DNA of 64,000 nucleotides. Origin: the human T2T-CHM13v2.0 reference genome, Homo sapiens. The notes beneath the pieces are model-generated. The model searched no databases, was not told where the DNA came from, and saw only the letters and a program-made list of their open reading frames with translations. Location: assembly GCF_009914755.1 (NCBI RefSeq), contig NC_060947.1; one strand, written 5' to 3'. Of the stretch, positions 18,280 through 37,755 are shown one piece after another. Made by a program: the position numbers and the translations under genes. The stretch's first letter is position 1. Each line of letters begins with the position of its first letter.

Positions 18280-19900
18280 CAGATGGCCATTCCGACCTCT
18301 GCCTAAACACTAGTAAAGATAAGGTTTTTCTTTTCCAGGAATGGCCAATTCATATGTACAGCTGCTCTAATTAGGGGAGACTCTACCTTTAATTGAACTT
18401 TATCTCTCTCTGTGTAATTTCCAGAGAGTTATCCAGGTTCTACCCTTGGGAACGACATTAAAAAAAGAATATAATATGGTGGTGCCTGTAGTCTCAGCTA
18501 CTCAGAGGCTGAGGCAGAAGGATGTGCTATGATCTGTGTGGGAATAGCCACTGCACTACATCCTGGGCAATATAGCGAGATCCCATCTTTAAAAAATAAA
18601 CTAAAAAGAAAAAAGTCAATTCCCTTTATTACATGGTAATCCATGAAATAAAGATAGCTATCATTTGTACCTTAAGTTTTCTTTTGACATGTTAAGTCCT
18701 TCTACATTACTCACAGCTGTAATTTATAGATACTTCTCTTTCCTAATATCCCCTCAAGAAAAACACTCCTTCACCATAAATATTATTGTGGTTACTTTCT
18801 TCTGGGAGGTCTCTAGTTTATCAATGTCTGAGCCTTTTAAAATAGTAAGAGCACAATGTTCCAGTGGTCTTATCAGCACAGAGTACAGTGTATTATTTTC
18901 CTTCATCAGGAAACTACACTTCTACGAATGAAGGTTAAGATTGCAAAGACTACATTAGGTTTCTTAAAATGCTGCCTTATAGTATCTAGTGCTCAGAAGA
19001 AAGAGAAAATAAAGTTAATTTGACTATCTTCTGAAAGTGCACAAACACCTGTTGAATAAACCTGTCTAAAATTTTGTCTGGGGTTAAAGCTGAGTTCACC
19101 ATCTATAGTTTCTAGAATCTATTCTTTTTTCCTTTTTGTATATATTTGCCTACTGGGCCATTTCTGTTTCTCCTGTCTACTCTGGTTTCACAAAGAATAT
19201 CTTCCAGTGAAAATTATTTCAGTATAACAGGCTTTAATTAATTTGGGCCTCTTAAAGCAAGTAGGTACTAATCTACCTTGCATTTTCTTTTCTCTAACTA
19301 TGCTTGCTCTACCCTTTGCAGTTTATTTATCAGTGTCCTTGATAGAGAAAATTAAAGCAAAATATTATTCTCTCCAGCTCTTACGTTTTAGCTATGAATG
19401 TGATACCATTATTCCCATAAAATAAAATCTATGGGTTCTTTCCCCATATGCTAATTAGAACTTTAATGGTCCTTTCGGGCATTTCTATATGGGTCAAACA
19501 ATATGAAATGGCTAATAATTGTTTTCTACATACAAAAGCAGTGATTTCATATGGCTCAACATGATAGCTATAATTGGAGTGTGGAGGGGAAGGGCAGTGT
19601 CGAGCATTAGTTTGATCTGGGTATCCTGCTTTTTTACCTATTAGGAAATCATCATCCATACTGTCTAGTCTGTAGTATAATCCCATATAGATTTCTCACT
19701 CCTTTTAACCCCATCCAGTGTTTTTCACATTTCACAGCCACATTTTGGTCTATAGATTCCTAAATGCACTTAACATGCACTGCTACTCCTCACCTTCCAA
19801 TTAAATCTATTTGTTTAAGACCAAGAATAGCCACTCTTACTATATATTAAACACTAATCCTGCATCAAGTTTCTATAACTCTTCATGTTAAAGCTTCTAG
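18280..19900 (-). mobile_element. Ancient CR1/L3 LINE remnant (3' RT end and endonuclease fragments)
   Basis: 18280-18950 resembles the L3 3' end. 19600-19880 translates on the minus strand to IET*, GR*GVAVHVK, GLYYR and YPDQTNARH, like CR1 endonuclease motifs. Confidence 0.6.
18476..18600 (+). mobile_element. FAM/FLAM-like Alu monomer
   Basis: GCCTGTAGTCTCAGCTACTC...AATAGCCACTGCACT. Confidence 0.7.
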
Positions 19901-20704
19901 TTTACTTTGTTACTTCATACCTAATATTTGTAAGTATTCTGCTGAACCCTTAATGTTTTCTCTTGTGAATTACTGACCACCTCCTTCTTTGTGGATTTCT
20001 TTTCTATTACACCTGCTATCCATCATATTTTTTTAAACTGGGTATTTTACCATTGACCATAATAAACAGCAAAATAAACTTATCTGGGCTTAATTTTCTG
20101 TGTTTTCTCAACATCAATTATAAGTGCTAATGAACAGTAACAGGGATAAAGTTATCCCATAAAAGCCTCCAATTATATCACGAACATAGCAAAGAATTAA
20201 TTAAAACTGAATACAATTCAAATAAAGGTTCTCCTGAAATTGGTCAATTTTTTCTACTAATATCTTTAAATGCTAATGAATTACCTTTAGAAATTAAGAA
20301 CACTGAATGGACTTTGAAAAAAGGCACAGGAAAATGCCATTTGAAGTGTATGATAGTCTAATGTGCACTGGAATATTATTCACATATTTAAATTGCTTTG
20401 CTTCAAAATTATTATATGAAATATTGTAACCCAAATTAACAAAGTTCAAACCAGACTGTGGTTTTCTTCATATAGTCTTCAATAATAGATTTGCTTTCCT
20501 TACTCTGTGACATCTTGAATCTATTATAAAGATGTGATTCTTTTCTTACTTTCTTTCTTCATTGTCCTACCCATTAGCAATGCAACCCATTATTTTAGAA
20601 AAAAATTACCAGTAATCTGCTAAAATATTAGTATTAGAAAAAAAGTGTTTTGGCCAGTGTGATACAAGATGTACTAATTTACTATCCTGACTTAAAAGCT
20701 TAGT

Positions 20705-20856
20705 ACCAGAGTGTGGTAATTCCTACCTATAATCTCAGCTACTAGGGAGGCTGAGGTGGGAGGATCCCTTGAGCCCAGGAGTTGAAAGTTGCAGTGAACT
20801 ATGATCTTGTCAGTGAACTCCAGCTTGGGTGACAGAGTGAGACTCTATCTCTTAAA
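20705..20856 (+). mobile_element. FRAM/Alu right monomer
   Basis: CAGCTACTAGGGAGGCTGAGGTGGGAGGAT...GACAGAGTGAGACT. Confidence 0.75.
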
Positions 20857-21248
20857 ACCTATTGGTTAGCTTAGTATTAGACCCTCAATATTAACTGGTG
20901 ATAAACCAAAGAAAAAAAAGACTCAATAACAAAGATGCTTAATAACAATGAATCCAAATCAAGAAATTATTACAGAGTGGTTATACTAACGATACTTTAT
21001 TAGTGCATCAACCTATTCCTTCCTGTAACAGTTCAAGATCAGTTTGTTCTCCTAAATCCAGTCAATCATATTGTCATCAAGGTCAGTAATAAGAAATAAA
21101 AGGATCACTGCAAATGCATAGCTTCTGCATAAAATACCTCAAAGCACATTACCTTCTATTATCTTCATGCATGAAAAATAGATTATTAGACCAAAATAAA
21201 AAGACCCACAAGAAGCCTATGCTGAAACACACTGAAGCAATTATATGA

Positions 21249-21516
21249 CAGGCAAAGAAGTCAAAAATTGTTAAATACTGAGGAAAGGCAAAAAGTGGTA
21301 ATCAGGTGTAAAGCAACTGTCATTTTATACTAAACTTAAGGTTTAATATTTTACATATTTAATCAGAAAAAATTTGAATTAGCAGGCAAAGATGCCAAAA
21401 ATTGTTAGGTACTGAGGAAAGACAAAAAGTGATAATCAGGTGTAAAGCAGTTATCATTTTATACTAAACTTAAGGTTTAATATTTTACATATTTAATTAG
21501 AATAAATTTGAATTAG
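21249..21516. repeat. Direct tandem duplication, 2 x 134 bp
   Basis: Units start CAGGCAAAGA at 21249 and 21383; about 11 mismatches by eye. Confidence 0.9.
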
Positions 21517-22899
21517 ATTTCTTAGGTATTTAAGAGTCTTCCTTGTCTATTTGTCAATCTGTCAAAAAACGGTTCCATACTGAGATAAAATCAGTATTTT
21601 TTATGAAATCTATACTCCACATCACATCATTTCTTATTGGGACACAGATATCAATAGCAGAATCCAAATTTAAAGTGCATTAGAAAGGCCCATTTTTGTA
21701 GAAATCATAAGCATTTGACTCAACCACATGAAGACACATTTGCCCACAGGTACAATTAGAAACAATATTTCTACTCATTTACTATATCCTAATGAAATTT
21801 TCATCAGAATTTACATTTAAAATGTAACTGAGCTTTGTGTCCTTTAATTCTCAAGATAAAAAAATGCAAGAGACAAAAAAATACAGCTGACTTTGGCAAT
21901 AAAAAGATGCAAACCTCAAAGATACAAACCAACTTTATAGTTAAGATTGAGGGGATAATCACCATTTCTGAGGCTCTCGGAAGTAGTTTACAAGCAAACA
22001 TGTTTTGCCTTTCTCTCTTTGAACTAGAATCTCTTACAGAATTGTGCTAAACCTTGAATGGACGTTAAAGATAAATTCTTAATGCAACTTCTCATTTTAC
22101 ATATAACAAAACTAAGGACCATGTTGATGAAGCAAGTTTTCCTAAGTCCTAAAAGCGATAAGTGACAGAGAAGGGGCACGAACTTGGGTCAAATGTTCTT
22201 TTTCATATGCCACAGCTGCTGCTGAGTGCTTCATGTTTAAATATATCAGCAATGTTTATCTCCCACCAAATAAAAGATATTAATGGATCTAAAGCGGTGA
22301 ACTCCTCCTCATTTTTCTGGGTGCCAAGTGCCTACTTAATAGCAGGAGATAAACCAAAAGGGTATGTGTTGGGGGGGTGGGGAAAGGAGAGGGATAAAGG
22401 CCATAATACAAAGCAATTTTGTGGGAAAATCAAAAGGCCAGATGAATAGCTCAATTAAGCACTGGCAGAGTCGCCTCTGGCTTTACCAATTCTCCTTACC
22501 TTGGTAGAATGATGTACTAAAAAGGCAATACAGTATTGAAAAAAGAACAAGTGGCCAAAGCTTCTTCCTTATCTATAAAATCTACAAAACAGGTTATATT
22601 CCCTATCTAAGAATTAAATGAGGTGAATTTTGTAGAATGTCTAGCACAGTAGGCATTTATTCATTAAAGCTTAGTTCCTTTCCCCTTTCCTTTCCTCTCT
22701 GGGGTCTCAGTAGTCTCACATTTCAGAATGGGGTAGGTTAGGAATACCACGCAAAAGTTTGGTATTAGCCTGGCGACTCTAAGGAATAGTGATCGCTACT
22801 ATAAAGAAAATAAAATAAATGCAAAAATTTTACCTATACTTTGCTGCCCAGAGTCTATGATATATTTTTTAAATCCCCTTTTAAATTAAAGTTAATATT

Positions 22900-23110
22900 T
22901 AATGATTTTTATATGCCAGGCACTATTCTAAGCACATTACATGTTTACCTTATTTAACCCTATGAAGTGAGTACTATTATTATCTCCTTTTTAAATATGT
23001 AGAAATTGAAGCATAGAAGGGTTAACTCACTTTCCTAAGATCCTTAGCTATTAAGTGGTAGTCAAGATTCAAACCCAGGCAATCTTGTTTCAAAGGCTGA
23101 TCTCTTTGCT
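22900..23110 (-). mobile_element. MIR SINE
   Basis: ATGCCAGGCACTATTCTAAGCAC...GATTCAAACCCAGGCAATCT core. Confidence 0.75.
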
Positions 23111-24117
23111 ATGGCTGCTTTTATAGCAGCTTTTCTTAAAATGAGAGAAAAATGAAAAAAATCATCATATACCCCAATAGCTAACTATGTTTCAGTGACT
23201 ACAACAGATTTCATCCCATATCTTAAATTCTAGCTCAAACCTACCTAGAACATAAATCTGCCAAAGCAACAAAAGTGGGATAGAATAGGCCCTAAGAAGA
23301 TGTTTAAAAACTACTAGAAATAAGAGATTAGTTCCAGCAAGATCACAAGAAACAAGAGCAATACACAAAACTCAATTGCATTTCTATATACTAAAAATGA
23401 ACATTTAGAAACCAAAATTAAAAACAAAATCTATTTACGATCACGCCAAAGAAAATGATAACTTAAATATACATTTAACAGAATATGCACAGTATCTCTA
23501 TCCTGGAAATTACAAAATGGTGAAGAAAAAAAATCAAAGACCACAATAAATGGAGAGACATACTATACTATGTTCATGGATTGGAAAGTTTGACAGAGTA
23601 ACATGTCAATTCTCCCCAAATGATTTACAGGTTTAACACAATTCCTTTCAAAAGGCTTTTGTAGACATCAAGGAGCTTATTCTAAAATTCACAGGGAAAG
23701 ACCCTAGAATATAGAAAACAATCTTTACAAAACTAAAGTGAGAGGGAGTCTTCTTCCCAATGTTAAGGCTTACTACATAGCTACAGAAATCAAAACAGCA
23801 TGCTATTGGTGAGGAGATAAACACACAAATCAATGGAACAGAATAAAGGGCCAAAAAAATTTGCATAAATTTTCTTAACTGATTTTTAACAAAGGTGCAG
23901 CTCAATTTCAGTGGAGGAAGAACAGCCTTTTCAACAAATGGTGCTGAAGCAATTTGACATACAGAAGTGAAAGAATAATGAACGTTGACCTAAACCTTAC
24001 ACCTTACAGAATTAAACTCAAAATTAATCATAGAATTAAATTAAGGCATTAAACTATCAAACGTTTAGAAAAAAAGACATGGGAGAAAATCTTCAGAATA
24101 TGGGGCTAGGCAAAGAA

Positions 24118-24417
<300 letters not shown>

Positions 24418-24737
24418 TTAGGCAAAGAATTCTTAAACTTGACAACAAAAGCAAGATCCATAAAAGGGAAAATTGGTAAACAGGGTGTCATCAAATTTTT
24501 TAAATTTCAGACTTTGAAAGCCCATGTGAAAAGAATGAAAAGACAGACTAGGAGAAAATATTTGCAGAGAATATATCTGACAAAAAACTGGTATCTAGAA
24601 TACATGAAAAACTCTTAAAGTTCAACAATGAAATTAAAAATAATCTAATTAAAAATGGGCAAAAGGCATAGACACTTCACCAAAAAGGATATACATATGG
24701 TAAATAAGCATACAAAAAGATGTTCAACATTAGTAGC

Positions 24738-26253
24738 TGTGATAGCTAATTTTATATATCAATTTGGGCCATCAGCATACAATATATGGTGCTATTTTTC
24801 CCACAGCCAGGATTCAAGGGTCTAGGAATTAAGTGGTAAAAACAGAGTGACATCACCCACTATTACTTAGTTGCCCCACTAGCAAAATTTTTGCTTCCTT
24901 TTCCAATAACCTTCTGCTCTGCTGGCCTAGAGGTCTTAGTTCCAAAAGGAGGAATGCTTCCACCAGGAGACACAACAATAATTCTATTAAACTGAAAGTT
25001 AAGACTGTTGCCCAGCCAATCACTTAAAGCAAGTATCCAATGCCTCTGAGTCAACAGGCAAAGAAGGCAGTTACCATATTGATTGACACTGACTACTGAG
25101 AGGAAACAGGACTGCTACTCCACAATAGAGGTAAGAAAGAGAATGTCTGAAATACAAGAGCTCCTTTAGAGCATCTCATAGTATTACCATGCCCTGTGAT
25201 TAAGGTCAATACAAGGCTGGTGATTAACAACAATACAATCCAGGCAGAACTACTAATGGCCCAGACATTTCAGGAATGAAGGTTTGGGTCACTTTACTTT
25301 ACTTTACTATTCTGGGTAGTAAAAGAGGGTAGTTATACATACCAACTACAACCATGTGACCAGTTATAGAACTGAGTACTGTAAGTGTTATGAAATATTA
25401 TTCCTCCTTATTTTGTAATGAGGTGTCTGTGTGTGTATAAAACAGTTTCTTTGCTTTCCTTTATCATGTAAAATAAGATGTACTAACTTATATTTAATGT
25501 TAACTAAATATTATGTAATAATATGAATTGATGTTAATTTTACCTCATTGTATTTATGTTACAAGCTACAGAGAAAAGTAAACACCACTCAAGGACTTTC
25601 TTTTCTCTCCTGGGGAAGAGGTCTAATGTATTTCAGTTGTATGCAAACAGATATATCATGGCAAGTGAAATTATGACCTTGCAATTATCTTTATTTGGAG
25701 GATTATTTATTTATTTAAGTATTAAATACTTATTCCTCCAAATACAGATAATTTAAGGAAATGTGTATAGATGCCAAGTTGACAAAGGGTGAATTTGTGA
25801 TAGTTTTAATGTGTCAACTAGACTGGGTCACAGAATGCCCAAACATTTGGCTAACCATTATTCTGGGTGTTTGGATGTGATTAACATTTGAATTGGTAGA
25901 CAGAGTAAAGCAGATTGCCCTCCCCAATGAATCCGGTGGGCTTTATTCAATACCTTGGAGGTCTGAATAGAACAAAAGGCAGGTTAAGGGAGGATTCCCT
26001 CTCTCTGTCTATTTTCAAGCTGAGACATCTCTCTCTTCTGCACCTGGACTGGAACTTACACCATCAGCTTTAATGATTCTCAGGCTTTTGGACTTGGACA
26101 GGATCTTATACCACCAGCTTTCCTGGGTCTTCAGCTTGCAGATGGAAGATCATAGGACTTCTCAGCCTCCATAATCACATAAACGACTTCCTTATAATAA
26201 ATACATCTATCAATCCTACTGATTCTGTTTCTCTGACGTACCCTGACTATACA
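24738..26253 (+). mobile_element. Internally deleted ERV-L provirus: about 30 bp of 5' LTR, integrase-end/dUTPase fragment, complete MLT2-type 3' LTR (25796-26253)
   Basis: TGTGATAG starts at 24738 and 25796; LTR ends CCCTGACTATACA. Frame reading SAGLEVLVPKGGMLPPGDTT resembles ERV-L dUTPase. PPT-like GACAAAGGGTGA. 5-bp TSD GTAGC/GGAGC. Confidence 0.8.
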
Positions 26254-26436
26254 GGAGCCAGCAAGGAAATGCAAATCAAAACCACAATGAGATATTTCAC
26301 TACATATGCACAAGAAAAGCTAAAATAAAAAACTTTGACAACACCAAATGCAGGCAAGGATGCAGAGAAACTAGATCACTAATGCATGGCTAGTGGGAAC
26401 ATCAAATGCTACAGCCACTCTTAAAACACAAAACAT

Positions 26437-32497
<6,061 letters not shown>

Positions 32498-34014
32498 GCC
32501 ACAAAACATTCAATTACCATATGATCCCCAATTACAAACTTGGGCATTTATCCCAGAAAAATGAAAGTTTGCGTTCACAAATAACCCTTACATAAATGTT
32601 CATAGCAGCTTTATTTATAATAGCCAAAAACTGGAATCATCCCAGATGTCCTTCAATTGGTGAATGACCAAACAAACTGTGGGACATCCATACCACAGAA
32701 TATCACTCAGCAATGAAAAGGAATGAATACTGACACTTGCAACAAATAAGATGAATGATCAGGAAATTATGCTGAGCAAGAGAAAGTTACATAGTGTATA
32801 ATTCCATTGATAGAACTTTTCTTGAAATGACAGAACTATAGAAATGTAACACAGATTAGTGATTGACAAGATGGGGTAGGGGAGTCACGCAGGAGGGAAG
32901 CCGATGTGGTTATAAAAGAGTAACATGATGAATCCTCGTGGACTTAAAACTTCTTTATCTTGACTGTGTTAGTGGATACGCAAGTACTAAAAGTGTACAG
33001 AACTTAGCATGCAACATAGATATATACATAAATGAGTACAAGTAAAACTGAGGACATCTGATATGACCACAAGCAATTTCCTGAGTCTTAAGCCAAACAT
33101 CTCCCGGTGGGCAACCTCAGCACCTTTGTTTCTGCTATTCCTTTAGCCTTATGCCCACCTCTGTCATTTCAACCTATCAATATCCTTTTTATTCTTGGAG
33201 GCATAGGCTAAAATTGCATGCTTTTTCATGAAATCTTTCTCAATCACGTCAGCTAAACATGAACTCTCCTGCTTCAGTTCTAGCCCTTACTATGGTATAT
33301 CTTATATTAGTTACATATTTCTGATTTAAGATTTTAAGCATTTGAAAATAAGGATTAATGTGTAACTATCAGCACTAAGCTAACTAAGCTAGCTCAGTCC
33401 CTTGGATAGGCACTCAGGTATTAACATCCAACCATAATTCCTACTCTTCCAGGGCATAAATTCTCCACTTGAAATAGACGGTCTCCTCCTCTATCCTATG
33501 CAGGTATCTTCTCACCTGGAATGCTCCATTTCTCAAGTTACAATGAACCCTTCAAAGTTATCTCAAAGGTCATTTATTCCTTGAAGTCTTCCCATGTTTT
33601 TCTTAATCCGTTTCATCTCTCCTTCTTGCAATGCCCATTACACTTTGTACTTTCCTTAAATCACTTAGTTTAAGTCCTGTACTACAATCACATTCTGGCA
33701 TCTGCCTAACCTTCTCCAAAGAGTAAATTCCTTCACAGCAACAACTGCCCTGAACACTTTGGAAAATGCTTTACATATATTTGGTGTTCACATATTTGCT
33801 GAATTGAATAAAACTTACTTCTAGAAAGTTAAGTAATATTATCATTCAACCTTATAACACCATTGATAAATATAAATGCCATAGAGTAAGTTCTATAGGA
33901 AATGTTAATCAACTCTGTAATTCTCTTATGACTTACAAGATATCATTTCTGATTCCCCCTGCCTCTCTATACCTTGCTTCTTAGTTTCGCATATATATTT
34001 TTGTTCTATCCTGA

Positions 34015-34293
<279 letters not shown>

Positions 34294-34844
34294 TGAGTGA
34301 TCTTACCTACTCACATACTAATTACTGCCAATCTTTATCTGTAACCTCTATTTTCAACCTTAGCTCCAGGCCTACATTTTCAACTACCTAATGGACAACC
34401 ATCCCGTCTTACCTGGATGTATCATAAAGGAAGATTTCCCAAATCAAGTTTATTAGCCTTCAATCACAAGTTTTCTATAATCTCCCTTTCCTCAACTTTG
34501 GGACTAACAGATTATTTTTTATTCTTCCTCTTTTATGTCCTGTATCCAACCAAACTGTATTATTAATCCCACCTCCAAAATCTTGCTTGAATCAATCCAA
34601 TTACCTCCATTTCTATCACTACCATCTCCACATTCATTTTCTGTCTATATCTATAGTAACAGTCTTGCCTCTGGTTTCCCTACCTGCCTCTCCAGTTTCT
34701 CTCCTCTCCAGTTTATCATATACTCTACTTTATGTGTTACCTTTTCAAAATAAAATTCTCATCATATGATTTTCCTATTCAAAAACATCCAATGATTCCT
34801 CAATTATCAATAGGATAAAATCTAAACTCATTATTCATGTAGAC

Positions 34845-35061
34845 CAGGGGCTGGCAAACTAAGGACCATGGACCAAATGTAACCCACCATCTTTTTGTAC
34901 ATGCAATTTTATTGGAAAACAGCCATGCTCATTCATTTACATATTATCTATGGCTGTTTTCACAGCAACAGAGTTGAGTAATTGCAACTGAGACCAAATG
35001 TTCCAGAAAGCCAAAAACATTTACTATCTGGCCCTTTACACAAAAAATTTGCAGACTCCTG
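34845..35061. mobile_element. MER58A (hAT-Charlie)
   Basis: TIRs CAGGGGCTGGCAAACT / TTTGCAGACTCCTG; internal CAGCCATGCTCATTCATTTACATATT. Confidence 0.85.
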
Positions 35062-35659
35062 GCATAGAGGATGTAGAATAATTGGGCCCCTACCTCCCTT
35101 TCCAGTCTCAACTCCCATCACAAACTCTAAGCCTTTGTTATGTCAAACAGGGTATTCTCCTCTTAATAAAACCACTACTTATTTTTCAAGGGGCTTTACT
35201 TGACACAATTGGGGCCCAGAGTATATTGAATAAAATTATGGCTTTTTACCAATTCCTATCATATTATCTCATGTCTTATTTAAAACACATACAAACCTAT
35301 GATTGTAAACAGAAATCAGAGGATGGAAACTACTTGGGCAAGTGACAGCAAATATGTGTATTGTAAAGATTGCAGAACACTTAAAATAGCTGACAAGAGG
35401 TTCTATCATGACAACTAAAAAACACCTTTTACTTTGGCAGGATACTTTTGTGCAAAGAGCACTAGATTTGAAGTCAAAGCACTTAGGTCTAATACTTAAG
35501 TTTGGATATTAGAGTCCCAGTATTGTTGCATATGAGCTACATAGTCTTTTCATAAAGATAACACAAACACTGAATTTTTAATCTGAGTCACTATTATCAT
35601 TACCAATATTATCAGCATCTGTGATCCAATACCATAATTACAAATTATATTTTCATAAC

Positions 35660-35860
35660 ATTTTAAAGCTTATAAAGTATTCACAGACATCTCATTTGAG
35701 TTCACAGTAGTCTTGTGAGATTTGAAGGCAAGTTTCTTCCCTTTGTAAATAAAGAAATTAAGGCCCAAAGAAACTAAGTGTGCTGCCTAACATCACAGAG
35801 TCAAAAAATAGCAGAGGCTCAATCTAGGTCTCCTGATTCTAGTTTAATAGTCTTCCCACT
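35660..35860 (-). mobile_element. MIR SINE
   Basis: ATCTCATTTGAG...GAAATTAAGGCCCAAAG...TAGGTCTCCTGATTC. Confidence 0.6.
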
Positions 35861-37191
35861 TTTCAATGTTGTCTATTTAATGACATTTTACAAAATGTAA
35901 TCTGCTGTGAGCCTGCAATAAGAAATAATTTAACAGCAAAAATTATACATAATATCCCTCGATCTTACCTCCACCTGAGAGACAACACCATTAGCAAAGG
36001 CTCTGGCTTCAACTAAATTTGGTTCTACTGAAAAGCTCATCAAGATCCAAAGAGTATTCCAAGATGGTCACATCAGAGTTGTTAGACCACTAACTAGTCC
36101 AGTCATTATTTACATTAGAAAAAAAATATGTTTGTATTACAACTATTTCACACAGGCATGAAACTTCAAACCGATGTCAGAAAAATGTTTCTAGGCTAAA
36201 ATAAAGGATTTTCAACTCAACAGACTAAGAACATTCAGGAAAGTCCTTAAGTAAAATTAATAACAAAATGTTATATATTGACCACTGCTTTTGAAACATT
36301 TATAAGACTACATGTTAAAGAGTCAAAATCTATCCAGGACTGAAAGAGTGAATATCAGCTAGGACTGAAAAAAGAAAAAAGCAACCATGCAATTAATCAG
36401 GCTTGGGAGGACAGACATAGATAAAACCAGCTGCAAAATTAACAGGAAACATTGTTTTTCCTAAGGTCATGTGGCAGTTGTAAAATATCATGAAGACTCC
36501 CTCTCGAGTGATTACTGCTTTCTTACCAACAATGTCCCCGGACCCGCTTTGCTATTTTCACTTATTACCAGAGGGAGATACCCAGTTCCTAAACTGTCCT
36601 TGCTTCATGATGGTACCCGATCCGTAGTTAATTCCCACTTGTTCCAATTTGCCTCAGTTAACAGCCACCAATCTAGAACTGATCCTGGCTTCCATCAGAC
36701 CCTCCTCAGAATACTTTAATGTAAAACAAACTTTACAAAAAGTACTTCCCTCATCCCTCTTATCCAGAGGCCTTTCATTGTTACTTGGGAGTTTACTCGC
36801 TCACTATACATAAATACATCTGATTTTCTCAGACTACAGGCTAATTCTTAGTGGTCCTTAGTTGATTATGCTTAAACAAAAAAAAAAAATGCATTTTGAA
36901 TTATCCTACAGATTCAGCAGTTTCCTATCAAGAAAAGCACTCTTAAGACCCCCCCCCACGAAAAACCTCCTGAGCCTAAACCAGAAAATCACTAACCACG
37001 ACAGAATTTTACTCCCAAGAAAGATGAGTAACTCACTGAATTCTGTTTATTATCACAGGAAATATTCTGATCAATAATGCTAAGAGACATAGGACTTAAC
37101 CAAAGCCAGGTAACTATCATATCTGCTGGGAAAGAGTTTATCATCAAATTGGCACCAAGTTCAGATAAAACTAGAAGTATACAAATTAGTG

Positions 37192-37755
37192 GTATTATTA
37201 TTATTTTTTCTTTTTGAGACAGGGTCTCACTCTGTCACCCTGACTGTAGTGCAATGGCCTGAACACAGCTCACTGCAGCCTCAACCTCCTTGGCTCAAGT
37301 GATCCTACTGCCTCAGACTCCTAAGTAGCTGGGACTATAGGCACACAGCACCACACCTGGCTAATTTTTTATTGTTTAATTTTTGTAGAGACAGGGTCTC
37401 ACCACGCTGCCCAGGCTAGTCTCGAACTCCTGGGCTCAAGTGATCCTCCAGCACTGGCTCCCAAACTGTTGGGATTACAGGCACGAGCCACCATGGCCGG
37501 CCTCTGATTTTTTTAATACAAATGAATAACATAACTCTTGGGCAATTTTATCTGTTACCTGCAATCATTAAAGTTATCCATAGTATATATGAAATCCTTA
37601 TGTAATTTTCTAATTTTTTTAGTTTTTAATTTTTTGGTTAGAGGTGGGATCCCACTTTGTTGCCCAGGCTGGTCTTAAATTCCTGGGCTAAATGGGTCCT
37701 CCATCCTAGGCCTCCCAAAGTGCTAGATGACAGGCTTCAGCCATCACACACAGCC
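37192..37755 (-). mobile_element. AluJ (37192-37503) and FLAM-C-like monomer (37620-37755)
   Basis: Alu sequence on the minus strand. Confidence 0.85.

Noticed and set aside
21249-21516. CRISPR-like or other prokaryotic array
   Set aside because: Only two contiguous units without spacers, in primate intronic DNA; no such system appears anywhere in the window.
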